Positions 1 through 10,158 of a stretch of 64,000 bases of DNA are shown one piece after another; positions within the stretch are counted from its first letter, which is position 1; each line of letters starts with the position of its first letter. The notes under the pieces were generated by a model. That model did not search any database, was not told where the DNA came from, and saw only the letters and a program-made list of their open reading frames with translations. A program made the translations under genes and the position numbers. The DNA is from an uncultured Methanosarcinales archaeon (GTDB lineage Archaea; Nanobdellota; Nanobdellia; Woesearchaeales; GW2011-AR15): assembly GCA_964552005.1 (NCBI GenBank), contig CAZKFC010000002.1:35188-99187 (forward strand), written 5' to 3'.

Positions 1-215
1 TGTCAAGCGTAATTGAAAAACTTGCTCAAACAACCGGAATTACAAAAATTGTTTTTTTCCAGAAAAGAGAATATGAATATGATTTCCAGCAGACTTCTTT
101 ATTAAAAGAAATTGCAAAATTATACAGTAAACTATCTCGCGAAAAGGATAAATTCAGCATAGCTGCGCTAACCTTTGGGAGATGCAGGAATTTTGCAGGT
201 GCTTGGTATAATCAG

Positions 216-2171
216 TTGAAAGATATTGTCTTTAATCTATTATTAAAAGACCCATTAGGAGCGTATGTTGAATTAAAGCGTATAAAAAGAAGGCAAAAAA
301 TTTTTTTAGAGAAATCAGATGACGAGCACGCGGTCTACTGTTTAACTAATTACATAGCAGTCCTGGATTATTTAATTGAACACCTGGAAAACACAAAAAT
401 AGTAATAATTGCAAAGCCTTATCTGGCAGGGTATGAAATTGGAGACAGGCTTGTTTATAGACGTATCTTTAACCCGACAATAAAACCAGATTTTATGTAT
501 GCAAAATTAATGGCAACTTACCCAAAAGATGGTGAAGAGATTGATAGTTATACTATTGGCCAGGACACCGAGATTACTATTTTTAAATTAGCTAACAGCG
601 TAAAAACACTATATCATATGATGCCTCCTGAATTTAAATTAAGCGAGGAAAAATATGAGTTGTTGGACACTGCCCGGAACATAATGGCAGAGCATAAGCC
701 AAAACGAAGCGATTTTGTTGACCCTGGAAGAATGCGTGAAGTATTTTATAATGTGGGAAAAGACCTTATTGAAGAGCTGGCAGGTTACCGCCATATTTCT
801 TTACGAGAAAAAGAACTAGAGCAACTAACTCATATTTTGGTGAGGTATACTGTTGGCTTTGGTCTAATTGAAGTTTTGTTGCAGGATGAAAATATCCAAG
901 ACATCTCCATTAATAGCCCAATGGGGCGCACACCAATGTTTATTGTACATAGCACGCACGAGGATTGTTTTACCAACATAATACCAACGCCGCAGGAAGC
1001 TGAAAGTTGGGCTGCTAAGCTAAGAATGATTTCAGGCAGACCATTAGATGAAGCTAACCCTATTCTAGACACAGAATTATTATTGCCCGGAGCATCAACA
1101 AGGGTCTCTGCAATAAATCCTCCTTTAAATCCTACTGGATTAGCATTTTCATTTAGAAGACATAGAGATAAACCATGGACACTGCCTTTGTTCATCAAAA
1201 ATAAGATGATAAACCCGCTAGCAGCAGGATTATTAAGTTTTTTGATAGATGGTACAAGGACATTAATGGTCTGTGGAACTAGAAGCAGCGGTAAAACAAG
1301 TTTTCTCTCTTCCATAATGGTAGAGATTATGAAAAGATACAGGCTAATTACGATTGAAGATACTTTAGAATTGCCCGTACCACAATTACGAGATTTGGGT
1401 TTTAATATACAATCCATGAAAGTAAGCAGTGCGCTAACCAAGACAGGTTCTGAGGTGGACGCTTCAACTGGTATAAGGGCTACTTTAAGATTGGGTGATT
1501 CTTCCCTTATAATAGGAGAAGTGCGTAGCAAAGAGGCTGTTGCATTGTATGAGGCAATGAGGGTTGGAGCCGCTGCGAATGTTGTTGCAGGAACATTACA
1601 CGCAGATTCGCCGTATGGGTTATATGATAGAGTTGTTAATGATATTGGCGTTCCTAGAACAAGCTTTAAGGCAACTGATATTATTTTAGTTGCTGCCCCT
1701 ATTAAATCTGCAGACGGCTTACATAAATATAGGCGTATAATACAAATAACAGAAGTACAGAAAACATGGGAAAAAGATCCTTTATTAGAAAAAGGTTTTC
1801 TTGACTTGATGAAATACGATGCTAAAAAAGACGAGTTAATACCCACACCAGACCTGGTAAATGGCGAGTCTGAAATTTTGAAAACAATTGCAGGAAAGAT
1901 AGCTGATTATGCTGGCAACTGGGACGCTGTCTGGCAGGACATATTATTAAGAGCAAAATACAGAGAAGATATTGTTAATAAAGCTGCTGAACTAGAAGAT
2001 GATGATATGTTGGAAGCTCCTTTTGTTATTTTATGTAATGACATGTTCCATATTATTAGTGAAAGAGTTAAAGAAAAGACAGGTAAATTAAATCATGAAA
2101 AAATTTACAGGGAATGGAAGATATGGTTTAATCAGGAATTAAGAAAAAGAAAAATTAAAAAACAAGAGTAA
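216..2171 (+). CDS. Secretion-system ATPase of the VirB11/GspE/FlaI/TadA superfamily. The reading frame stays open back to base 1 and the track start is a TTG, so the gene is probably 5'-truncated by the window edge.
   Basis: Walker A 'GTRSSGKTS', Asp-box 'ITIEDTLELPVP' and downstream His-box-like region typical of archaeal FlaI/TadA ATPases. No in-frame ATG upstream within the window. Confidence 0.72.
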   Translation: MKDIVFNLLLKDPLGAYVELKRIKRRQKIFLEKSDDEHAVYCLTNYIAVLDYLIEHLENTKIVIIAKPYLAGYEIGDRLVYRRIFNPTIKPDFMYAKLMATYPKDGEEIDSYTIGQDTEITIFKLANSVKTLYHMMPPEFKLSEEKYELLDTARNIMAEHKPKRSDFVDPGRMREVFYNVGKDLIEELAGYRHISLREKELEQLTHILVRYTVGFGLIEVLLQDENIQDISINSPMGRTPMFIVHSTHEDCFTNIIPTPQEAESWAAKLRMISGRPLDEANPILDTELLLPGASTRVSAINPPLNPTGLAFSFRRHRDKPWTLPLFIKNKMINPLAAGLLSFLIDGTRTLMVCGTRSSGKTSFLSSIMVEIMKRYRLITIEDTLELPVPQLRDLGFNIQSMKVSSALTKTGSEVDASTGIRATLRLGDSSLIIGEVRSKEAVALYEAMRVGAAANVVAGTLHADSPYGLYDRVVNDIGVPRTSFKATDIILVAAPIKSADGLHKYRRIIQITEVQKTWEKDPLLEKGFLDLMKYDAKKDELIPTPDLVNGESEILKTIAGKIADYAGNWDAVWQDILLRAKYREDIVNKAAELEDDDMLEAPFVILCNDMFHIISERVKEKTGKLNHEKIYREWKIWFNQELRKRKIKKQE

Positions 2172-5100
2172 TTATTCTGGTATAAGGCACTGATGCCACC
2201 AATCCCCGTAACTGCCTTTTGTTTGATAACAGTTTTCCACACTGTAATCACAATATTCGGCTGTTCCACAAATATGGACTTTTGCTTTTGTGGACTCTAA
2301 ACTTGGCTCACATAGTATCATCGCAACATATTCTTTTCCATCAATCGTGACAAAATCACCTATAAGACCTTCTTTAACTGTTCCATCTGCATCAGGACAA
2401 TGTTGTGGTAAATCCAATGTTTTTTCAAAACAATCTTCAATACCATGATAGATATAATTAATTCCATTAACTGGTGTTTTACTTTCAGGCGTTTCAGATG
2501 GCTCATCATATGTACCATCTTCATCACAGCCAAAGCATTTGTAAACAACATTATTAGAACCAACTTCACTCCCTAAATTCTGTAATCTTATTGTAAGATT
2601 AATACAAGGTCCTCCTGGCACAGGTTCTTCAATGCCGCATTCTGTTATTGGAGTATCGAGCTGGCCCAATCTGTTATAAATGTCTTTGCCAACACATTCA
2701 TTTTCGCATAATTCAACTGTCCAACTATAATTTATTAGAGACTCTGAAGTTACTGTTTCATCACCTAAATGGAAAGGTATTACTGCTAATATATTAGCAT
2801 CAGTTAACCAATTATCAAAAGATAGTTCCATTTCATCAGCATAATCATCAGCTTCATAATCTGGCAAATCTGGCTGTACAATATCTGGATGCGGGCCCCA
2901 CGCTGTTTCTGTAATCATAATTTTGCCAATGCATAATTCGTCTGGCTGGCAAACAACTGCTGTATTTTCTGTGCTTGCTGTATTTGGACATAAATCAATA
3001 TCATCATCATATCCGTCATTATCAGAATCTTGGCATGCGTCTCCTATGCCGTCATTATTCCAATCTTTTTGCAATGGGTTTGGGTCATTAGCACAGTTAT
3101 CACAGACATCTCCTATGCCATCACCGTCTTCATCTTCTTGATTAAGTTGGCATTTTCCACTATCACATTGGTCATCAGACAAACAAGTTATAGTATGATC
3201 GTTTTTGCAAGTTCCCAAGTCAGGTCCATTTGGCGTATACATGCAGTTATCAACACAATCTATTGTAATGTCTTGAATATCATTATAAACACATTTTTGT
3301 GTAAATCCAATCTCCGGAATACCGTCATCGTCTGTATTATCATCACATTTATCGCCAATATCATCATTATCTAAATCTTTTTGGTCTCTATTTGGTTTAT
3401 CCACACAGTTATCACAAGTGTCTGCCCACCCGTCACCATCTATGTCAGTTCCTTCTTGTATTGTGTTATCATCTGGACATTTATCATCAATGTCTAAAAC
3501 ACCATCGCTATCATAATCTTCACACGCATCACCATAATCATTGTTATTCCAGTTCAATTGATTTTCATTTGGTGTGTTAATACAATTATCTTCTGTATCT
3601 TTAATTCCGTCATTATCTGTGTCTTGTGCATCAATTGCTGTACATTTTATATTGAAGTCTTGTGTTTGGCTGCATAATGATTTTACTAGTTTAAACCTAT
3701 CTTTGTAGGCCTGCATACCAAAGGGATTAGAACCGCCCGGATATGTATCAATATCATCTACAGAAGGATATGAGTGGTCTGCGTATAAATCCATTAAACT
3801 ACACACTTGTGCACCATAATCAATATCAGATAACATTTTAGTTAAATAGCTATTAGTATCAACCTCAACATTTTTTTCATAGCAGAATTTTTGGAATGTT
3901 TCTTTAATTCTCTGTTGTATTACTTTTGCTTTGTCGACTTCTGCCATATCACAACTTTCTACAGGGATATTTAAATCAGAAAAAACATGTTCAAAATCTG
4001 TTTTATAAAAATCATACCAGCTCAAGATGTGTTTGATATAATTCTTTTTTGGACTGCATATACAATTTTCTCTTTCTTGTTGTGTATTAAAACAATCAGT
4101 TTCTATATATAATTCATCATCACATTCTGGATCAACATTAGTGTCACAACGATTACAAACAGGGTCACAAGAAGGTGCAACATAATTGTCAGGTGTTTCA
4201 CCTGTACAATAATTCTTATCTCCGCTCAAATAGTCTGTCATATATCCCAATAATTCACAATCAGCTTTTGTAAAACTATATTGCTCAGCACCTCCATTAT
4301 ATTTTTCAACCATATCAAATGTGGATGGTTCTCCATGTGTATCTTTAGCATAATAAGGGCTTAACTCACATTTTTGTTGTCCAGTAGTTGGTGCTAACCC
4401 TGCAGGCATTATTTTTATAGAATTACCATGCGGCAAGGCTTTTATAGCAGACGCCATCTCAACAAAATATCGTGCATATTGTTTAATTTCATAATCTGTA
4501 ACAGAAATATCGTTCCATTCTTTAGCTAAGTTAGGTTCTTCACCTATTTCTATATACAAAGTCCATTCAGGTTTATCTGCATGTATTCTGTTAATTAACT
4601 CAACTGCTTTATCAATATCAGTAGTATAATCATATATAGGAATGCCTGTTGTTCCATCTTCATCCTCACCATAAATACAGTCTAAATTATCTGCACACTC
4701 TCCTGGATGTTTAGAAAAATCGTTTGCTTTTTCTTTTTTTAATGTAATAACAGGTATTAGTTCTTGATCATAGATTTTATTAAACACAGTTTCATAAAAC
4801 TCAAGATAATTATCTACATCAGGGTCATAATATGTTATTAATTTGACATAGCCACATGGACCGCTAAATTGGTTTGAGCATGCCAAATCCCTGTCAACTA
4901 TTAAATCGGCAAAATCTGAATCTTCATACAAAATATCATGAAACATAACTTGCAGACCTTGTTTAACAGAGCCTTCACAGCTTGCAGACCACTCAGATAA
5001 ATGTGGCGTAGATGTTTTTACTTTGTTTTTTTCAACATCTGCAGAACTCTCAACTGTTACCCAATGGTTGTCTTTCAGATAAGCAAGTTTAAAAGATTCT

Positions 5101-5819
5101 TCAACAGCAGCTCCTGACACATGGTTATCCTCATATCTTATTGTCAATAAAGCATCTGGAGAGAATTCAATACTTTCAGGAGTAAATTCATATTTTACTT
5201 TTCCTAAAACAGAAGGATCATCTGGACATTCTTCTTTAACATAAACTTGAATCTCATCTAAACCTGGTGTTACTTTTGTACCTTTTTTAATACTTAACTC
5301 TAAATCCAAATCTGGACTTACCAACACCTGGTCTTTAACTGTTTTTGAATTTGTGTCAAGTTCTAAAGAAAGTGATTTTGTTCGGGGTAATGATAAACTA
5401 GATTTTTCAAATTTTACAACTGTATCATCTCTAGAAAATTGCATGGGATACACAATATCAACAATAATTTCTTCTTCTGTTATGCGGACATCAATTTTAT
5501 CTGGCCTGCTTTTGGCAGTAACCTCATAGCCTTTCCTCCTATATTTATCAAAACCAATACATGTTGACATCCCTCTATTGATTGTTCCCTTAATATCATT
5601 TTCTTCACACAAACCATAATCATCAATAGACTTTAATAGCAAAGTATATAAACAATCATCAAACTGGCTTCTCAAAGAACTTTGAGTGACAGTTGTTGGT
5701 GTCTCTCGGGTAAGCTGTTGTTTTTTAACAACTGTGCTCCTGTATGCAAAAAAACTTATCATAAGTATTAATAAAATACCAATTATGACATATATTGTAA
5801 CTTGAGATTTAGATTTCAT
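2172..5819 (-). CDS. Giant (1215 aa) secreted or membrane-anchored Cys-rich protein with multiple thrombospondin type-3-like Ca-binding repeats and a possible TIM-barrel glycosidase-like middle domain.
   Basis: N-terminal hydrophobic anchor 'VIIGILLILMISFFAY'. Repeated DxDxDGxxDxxDxC motifs (e.g. 'DTDNDGIKDTEDNC', 'DIDGDGWADTCDNC', 'DEDGDGIGDVCDNCANDPNPLQKDWNNDGIGDAC'). 'IEIGEEPN' resembles the GH5 NEP motif (weak). Confidence 0.7.
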   Translation of the reverse strand: MKSKSQVTIYVIIGILLILMISFFAYRSTVVKKQQLTRETPTTVTQSSLRSQFDDCLYTLLLKSIDDYGLCEENDIKGTINRGMSTCIGFDKYRRKGYEVTAKSRPDKIDVRITEEEIIVDIVYPMQFSRDDTVVKFEKSSLSLPRTKSLSLELDTNSKTVKDQVLVSPDLDLELSIKKGTKVTPGLDEIQVYVKEECPDDPSVLGKVKYEFTPESIEFSPDALLTIRYEDNHVSGAAVEESFKLAYLKDNHWVTVESSADVEKNKVKTSTPHLSEWSASCEGSVKQGLQVMFHDILYEDSDFADLIVDRDLACSNQFSGPCGYVKLITYYDPDVDNYLEFYETVFNKIYDQELIPVITLKKEKANDFSKHPGECADNLDCIYGEDEDGTTGIPIYDYTTDIDKAVELINRIHADKPEWTLYIEIGEEPNLAKEWNDISVTDYEIKQYARYFVEMASAIKALPHGNSIKIMPAGLAPTTGQQKCELSPYYAKDTHGEPSTFDMVEKYNGGAEQYSFTKADCELLGYMTDYLSGDKNYCTGETPDNYVAPSCDPVCNRCDTNVDPECDDELYIETDCFNTQQERENCICSPKKNYIKHILSWYDFYKTDFEHVFSDLNIPVESCDMAEVDKAKVIQQRIKETFQKFCYEKNVEVDTNSYLTKMLSDIDYGAQVCSLMDLYADHSYPSVDDIDTYPGGSNPFGMQAYKDRFKLVKSLCSQTQDFNIKCTAIDAQDTDNDGIKDTEDNCINTPNENQLNWNNNDYGDACEDYDSDGVLDIDDKCPDDNTIQEGTDIDGDGWADTCDNCVDKPNRDQKDLDNDDIGDKCDDNTDDDGIPEIGFTQKCVYNDIQDITIDCVDNCMYTPNGPDLGTCKNDHTITCLSDDQCDSGKCQLNQEDEDGDGIGDVCDNCANDPNPLQKDWNNDGIGDACQDSDNDGYDDDIDLCPNTASTENTAVVCQPDELCIGKIMITETAWGPHPDIVQPDLPDYEADDYADEMELSFDNWLTDANILAVIPFHLGDETVTSESLINYSWTVELCENECVGKDIYNRLGQLDTPITECGIEEPVPGGPCINLTIRLQNLGSEVGSNNVVYKCFGCDEDGTYDEPSETPESKTPVNGINYIYHGIEDCFEKTLDLPQHCPDADGTVKEGLIGDFVTIDGKEYVAMILCEPSLESTKAKVHICGTAEYCDYSVENCYQTKGSYGDWWHQCLIPE

Positions 5820-5866
5820 TTTATACTATAATGCTTTACTTAATGTATATAAATTTTTCCAGAGAA

Positions 5867-6556
5867 TTATTTTTTCTTTAATACAATTATATTACCGCGG
5901 CCTTTCTTAATTTTCTTTATTTTTCCAAGTGATTCAAGTTCTGCAATCATCAAACTGATTTTTGCTTCTGATAGCGGAAATTCTTTTCGAATTTCTTTTT
6001 GAGTCAATCTGCCTTTATTCTTCCGTAACAATTTTAAGATTTTTTTTAAGTCATCATCTGCCATGTGCATTTCTTCTTCAATTTCTTTTTTTAGAATCCT
6101 AGTATTAACTTTAACTAAAATGATCAAAAAAACAAACATTGTTATTGCAATAGGAACCAATAACCAAAGTATGTTAAACTCTTTTTGAACTGGATATGGA
6201 TTTTTAATATTTATATCAAGACCTTCAAATAAATCTTCTTCATCAAAATAAGGATATAAAAATAAATCTAAGATGTAAATCCCGTCATCAACAACAGTGA
6301 TGTTTTCCTCAGCTTTCATGATGCCGCCGTTATTTTGATAGGTTGCTGTTATTGTATATTTACCGATAGGTATCTCAATTTCATAAGTGCCGTCAAGTGC
6401 AACAATTCTTTGTTTAGGATTGGAATTGACTTCAATAATTGCATTTTTAACTTTGTTCAAAGACAAATCATATATTGAGCCAGAAATTGTTGCTCCTTGG
6501 ACAAAACTAAGAAAAAAAGTAAATATAATTAATAAAGAAAACGCGATTTTTTTCAT
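5867..6556 (-). CDS. Single-pass membrane protein: signal peptide, CarboxypepD_reg-like beta-sandwich ectodomain, TM helix and a C-terminal cytoplasmic winged-helix domain.
   Basis: 'ISGSIYDL...DGTYEIEIPIGKYTITATY' resembles carboxypeptidase regulatory-like domains. TM 'WLLVPIAITMFVFLIILV'. C-terminal 'LTQKEIRKEFPLSEAKISLMIAELESLGKIKK' looks like a wHTH. Confidence 0.5.
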   Translation of the reverse strand: MKKIAFSLLIIFTFFLSFVQGATISGSIYDLSLNKVKNAIIEVNSNPKQRIVALDGTYEIEIPIGKYTITATYQNNGGIMKAEENITVVDDGIYILDLFLYPYFDEEDLFEGLDINIKNPYPVQKEFNILWLLVPIAITMFVFLIILVKVNTRILKKEIEEEMHMADDDLKKILKLLRKNKGRLTQKEIRKEFPLSEAKISLMIAELESLGKIKKIKKGRGNIIVLKKK

Positions 6557-6703
6557 AATAACAATCTGATTTGTTTTTGTATAAAAACATTTCTATATCT
6601 TAAAAATAAAAAATAATCCTTTGTAAAGTTTAAAAACGTCAAATATAGCTTATTTTTGGTTTATAAAGTAAAATAAAGTTTTATTTTTTTGAAAAATGAA
6701 AGT

Positions 6704-6717
6704 TTATTTATAAATAA
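6704..6717 (+). promoter_or_regulatory. TATA-box-like element upstream of the secreted coiled-coil gene. A GGAGG ribosome-binding site at 6761–6765 sits 8 nt before ATG 6774.
   Basis: 'tttatttataaata' lies about 55 nt upstream of the preferred ATG. The AT-rich background makes TATA calls weak; the GGAGG Shine-Dalgarno is clear. Confidence 0.25.
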
Positions 6718-6773
6718 TATGAGATTTATAGTTTCTAAAAATAATTAAAATTAGTATAATGGAGGCTAAAAAA

Positions 6774-8495
6774 ATGAAAAAGATAACTACTTTGTTTGTA
6801 TTGCTAGTATTTATACTGAGCACCGTATCAGCAGTTGCTGAACAAAACGCTGTTTCTGGAGAACAGCCTGAAGTTGTTGCTGTGAGTGCTAAAAATGTTC
6901 AAGAAATAGATGATGAGATTCCTAATAGTATTATGGAAAAAGCAAGAAATCAAGACAGCGTGGCATTATGTGTCAGATATTTAAAAAATAAATATCCAGA
7001 TGCTACAGCAGTAAGACTTAACGCCATATGCCAAAGACTTAAGGCACAGGTCGCCAAAGGTAATATTGATAAAACAGACATTGCCCAAGCAAGAATGCTT
7101 ACTGCAGAACGGTTAAGAGCTTTTGCCAATCTTGATGCAGATAAAAGAAAGCTATTATTAAACATGAAACCTGAAGTAAGGGCAAGACTGGCAAGACTTG
7201 ACAATGATAAATTGCAAAGATTAGTAAATTTAGACAGGGCTCAACTAGAAAAATTAAAATTAATGGATCGGTCCAGGTTAAAGAAACTAGCTGACAAAGA
7301 TCCTAAGGAAATAAAAGCCGCACTAGATAAATTCAGAGTAAAAAGGATAAACCTACAAGATTTATACAGACAAAGAGAGATTGCAAAAAACAGATTAGAA
7401 ATTGCAAAGAGGAGATATAATCAAGCAAAAGAAAGATATGAAAAGGCAAAAGAAAACTTAGAAAAAGCACGAAAAGAATTCAGGGCTGCTGTTGAAAAGG
7501 GAGATGAAGAAGCTGCTGTTGAACATGCAAAGGAATATTTGTTGCATGTTGCTGACATTGTTATAAATTCCCTTGAAAAAATTAAGGCAACCACGGAAGA
7601 AGATGATGACCTTACAGAAGAAGAGGCTAATGAAATAATTGCAGATCTCGATGAAAAAATTGTCAAGATTGAAGATCTTAAAGACCAAGTGGAAGCTGCT
7701 CAAACCAAGGATGAAGTAAAAGAAGCAGGCATCCAGATAATAAATGCTTGGAAAAGGATGCGCCATAAAATAAGGTTGCAGGCAGGCAGGATAATTAAAT
7801 CTAAAGTTATGGACGTATTAAAAAGAGTGGAACAACTTGAAAGCAGATTAGACAAAGCCTTAGCTAAACTTGAAGAACAAGGTTATGACGTTAGTGATGT
7901 TGATGACCTGGTAGACCAGTTTAGCAGTAAAATAGATAGTGCAAGAGACAAATTCAGAGATGCAAGCGACAAATTTAAGGAAGCACACGACCTTGCTGAC
8001 AATGATAATGCAAGCCAGGAAGAAATAACTAACTTGGTTGACGAAGGGAAAAGTTTAGTAAAAGAAGCGCACAATGATTTAAAAGAGGCACATGAACTCT
8101 TTAAAGAGATTGTAAGAAAGATAAAAGGAATTGCAGGAGATGATGCAGAAACTGCTTTAGAACAGAGTGAGGAAAACGAAGTAGAAGTGATAGAAGAGAT
8201 AGAGTGTACAACTGATGCTGAATGCAGTGAAAACCAAGTCTGTGAAGAGAATGAGTGTAAAGATGTAGAAGAGGAAGAAATTGATGACGAAAAGGAAACA
8301 GAAGTTGAATATGAAGATTTATGTGAGGATAATGAAGGAACTTGGCTAGAGGACTATTCAGAGTGTGAGTATCTTAGCCAAGAAGTCTGTGAGGAAAACG
8401 GGGGTACATTCTCAGAATGTGCATCTGCCTGCAGACATGACTCAGAAGCAGAAATCTGTACTTTGCAATGTGTACCATTATGTACATTTGCATAA
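6774..8495 (+). CDS. Secreted Lys/Glu-rich coiled-coil protein with a C-terminal Cys-rich acidic module. The start is reassigned to the second ATG, which is preceded by GGAGG.
   Basis: Signal peptide 'MKKITTLFVLLVFILSTVSAVA'. Long heptad-like K/E/A/R-rich segment. C-terminus 'CTTDAECSENQVCEENECKD...CTLQCVPLCTFA'. Confidence 0.6.
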   Translation: MKKITTLFVLLVFILSTVSAVAEQNAVSGEQPEVVAVSAKNVQEIDDEIPNSIMEKARNQDSVALCVRYLKNKYPDATAVRLNAICQRLKAQVAKGNIDKTDIAQARMLTAERLRAFANLDADKRKLLLNMKPEVRARLARLDNDKLQRLVNLDRAQLEKLKLMDRSRLKKLADKDPKEIKAALDKFRVKRINLQDLYRQREIAKNRLEIAKRRYNQAKERYEKAKENLEKARKEFRAAVEKGDEEAAVEHAKEYLLHVADIVINSLEKIKATTEEDDDLTEEEANEIIADLDEKIVKIEDLKDQVEAAQTKDEVKEAGIQIINAWKRMRHKIRLQAGRIIKSKVMDVLKRVEQLESRLDKALAKLEEQGYDVSDVDDLVDQFSSKIDSARDKFRDASDKFKEAHDLADNDNASQEEITNLVDEGKSLVKEAHNDLKEAHELFKEIVRKIKGIAGDDAETALEQSEENEVEVIEEIECTTDAECSENQVCEENECKDVEEEEIDDEKETEVEYEDLCEDNEGTWLEDYSECEYLSQEVCEENGGTFSECASACRHDSEAEICTLQCVPLCTFA

Positions 8496-8568
8496 TTTTT
8501 TTTCTTTTTTTCATAAAGTTTATATACTCACATAAAAGTAAAATGATGATAAAGAGAGGTATAATATC

Positions 8569-8796
8569 ATGAAGAAAACCATTATTGCAACTCTATTAAT
8601 AATATTGATAATTTCTGTATTTATCAGTGGCTGTGCAAAACAACAGGTTAAAGAACAACAACAAGAAACTGTTGAGAGTGCTGGTGAACAAGTAACAGGC
8701 AGTATAACAGAAGTTGACAATGTTGACTCAGAATTAAATGATCAAGAAGTGGATACTAAGTTGGGAAATCTTGAAAACGATCTAGCCAACTGGTAA
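8569..8796 (+). CDS. Small acidic secreted or lipoprotein-like protein.
   Basis: Signal plus 'ISGCAK' lipobox-like motif and a Glu/Asp/Gln-rich tail. Short ORF. Confidence 0.35.
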   Translation: MKKTIIATLLIILIISVFISGCAKQQVKEQQQETVESAGEQVTGSITEVDNVDSELNDQEVDTKLGNLENDLANW

Positions 8797-9360
8797 AATA
8801 ACAAGTAAAGCAGCAACAACCGCTGTTATTGTATATATTATTTTATTCCATCTAAATATTTTTGCTCCGTCAAAGTTCATAAACGGCACTAAGTTGAATA
8901 ATGCAATAAATGCATTAATTTGAAAACCATAATTCAAAACTAAGGACACTATAGCGGTTGGCAGCAACACTAGTTTTAACATTAGAAAAATTATTGCTAA
9001 GATTATGTTGGTCATTGGCCCTGCTAAAGATATTATTCCATTTTTTTTAAGAGTAACATACCCCCTTATTAAGACAGCACCTGGCGCTGCAAAAACAAAG
9101 CCAAAAAACATTGCTCCGATAATTGCAAATATTAACATACGATCATCTGCCCTGAACTCTGCCCAACAACCGTATTTTTGCGCAACGAATTTATGAGCTA
9201 TTTCGTGCAATAAAAATCCTAGGCCGACTGTCAACAAAGATATTATAAAAAACAGTAAAAATGTTTGGGAAAATATTGATGTATTTAATACAGCAAACGC
9301 AAAGCTAACTGCAACCCAGGCTTTAAGCAGATGCTCTTTTTCTATTTGTGAAAATTTCAT
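8782..9360 (-). CDS. Membrane zinc metalloprotease of the M50 (site-2 protease) family.
   Basis: 'HEIAHKF' HExxH within a TM helix and 'NLVPFMNFDGAKI' matching the M50 'NLLPxxPLDGG' motif. Multi-TM, 192 aa. Confidence 0.62.
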   Translation of the reverse strand: MKFSQIEKEHLLKAWVAVSFAFAVLNTSIFSQTFLLFFIISLLTVGLGFLLHEIAHKFVAQKYGCWAEFRADDRMLIFAIIGAMFFGFVFAAPGAVLIRGYVTLKKNGIISLAGPMTNIILAIIFLMLKLVLLPTAIVSLVLNYGFQINAFIALFNLVPFMNFDGAKIFRWNKIIYTITAVVAALLVILPVG

Positions 9361-10124
9361 AGCTTGAAAGAAGCTTTCATATTTTTATAAAGTTTTTCTA
9401 TAACATAATCCGCTATTTTCTTTAAATTAATTATATCTTCTTCATTATACTCTACTAGCAGATTTAGATAATATTTATCACCCGTTGCCTTAAAGATGCG
9501 CCATAATTTCAAAGGGTCTCCGCCATATAAGCAATCAAGTATTATGTTGTTTCTTTTTATGTTGAGTTGCTTTTCTATATATTTTAAACCGCCTTTTAAT
9601 CCTATCTTAGTGCATAAATGTCTTAGATCAATATGAGGTATTCTTGGCAATAAGTTTGGGTATTTTTTGTTAAGATAAGGAATATCAAAAGAACTTCCGT
9701 TAAATGTAATGATTAATTTATACTTTTTAAGCTCATGTTTTAATGCGCTAATATTAAGATTAACATTTCTAACCATGATTTTAGTGTCATCACCATCAAA
9801 TAAACCAATTACTGTTAAATATGAATCAAGAGATGTTGAACTTGATGTCTCAATGTCTAGGAATACAGATTCTTCCTTAAAGAAATTGTATAATCTCCAT
9901 GTTTCTGTGCTTGGTAATTTATTATAGAAATAAGCAGAATCATTATTACGCAAAGCAGTTTTTGCTTCTGTAATTTTTCTGTTGTAAAATGCTTTTGTTT
10001 TTTTTGAAATGCCTTTTACATCATTGTTTAGAAAATCATCCCAGTCCTTAATGCCTTGTTTCCATATTTTTAATTCGGTTTTTTGTTTTATTTTTGGTAA
10101 AAACAAGAAAGTATTTCTAATCAT
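9357..10124 (-). CDS. RNase H-fold, DEDD-type 3'-5' exonuclease-like protein (YprB-like).
   Basis: 'VFLDIETSS' Exo-I-like DxE motif followed by 'IGLFDGDD'. Assignment is from motif only. Confidence 0.4.
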   Translation of the reverse strand: MIRNTFLFLPKIKQKTELKIWKQGIKDWDDFLNNDVKGISKKTKAFYNRKITEAKTALRNNDSAYFYNKLPSTETWRLYNFFKEESVFLDIETSSSTSLDSYLTVIGLFDGDDTKIMVRNVNLNISALKHELKKYKLIITFNGSSFDIPYLNKKYPNLLPRIPHIDLRHLCTKIGLKGGLKYIEKQLNIKRNNIILDCLYGGDPLKLWRIFKATGDKYYLNLLVEYNEEDIINLKKIADYVIEKLYKNMKASFKL

Positions 10125-10158
10125 AATAACTTAAGTTAAGAGTTTTGTTTTAAAAGGG

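Noticed and set aside
830-1846. Long antisense ORFs inside confidently coding genes (e.g. 830..1846, 2360..2569, 2923..3580, 6950..8074, 15570..16175, 16619..19528, 23784..24161, 43713..44872, 48375..50222, 53628..53927).
   Set aside because: They lie opposite genes with clear conserved motifs, have low-complexity or serine/leucine-biased translations and no motifs, and are typical shadow ORFs.
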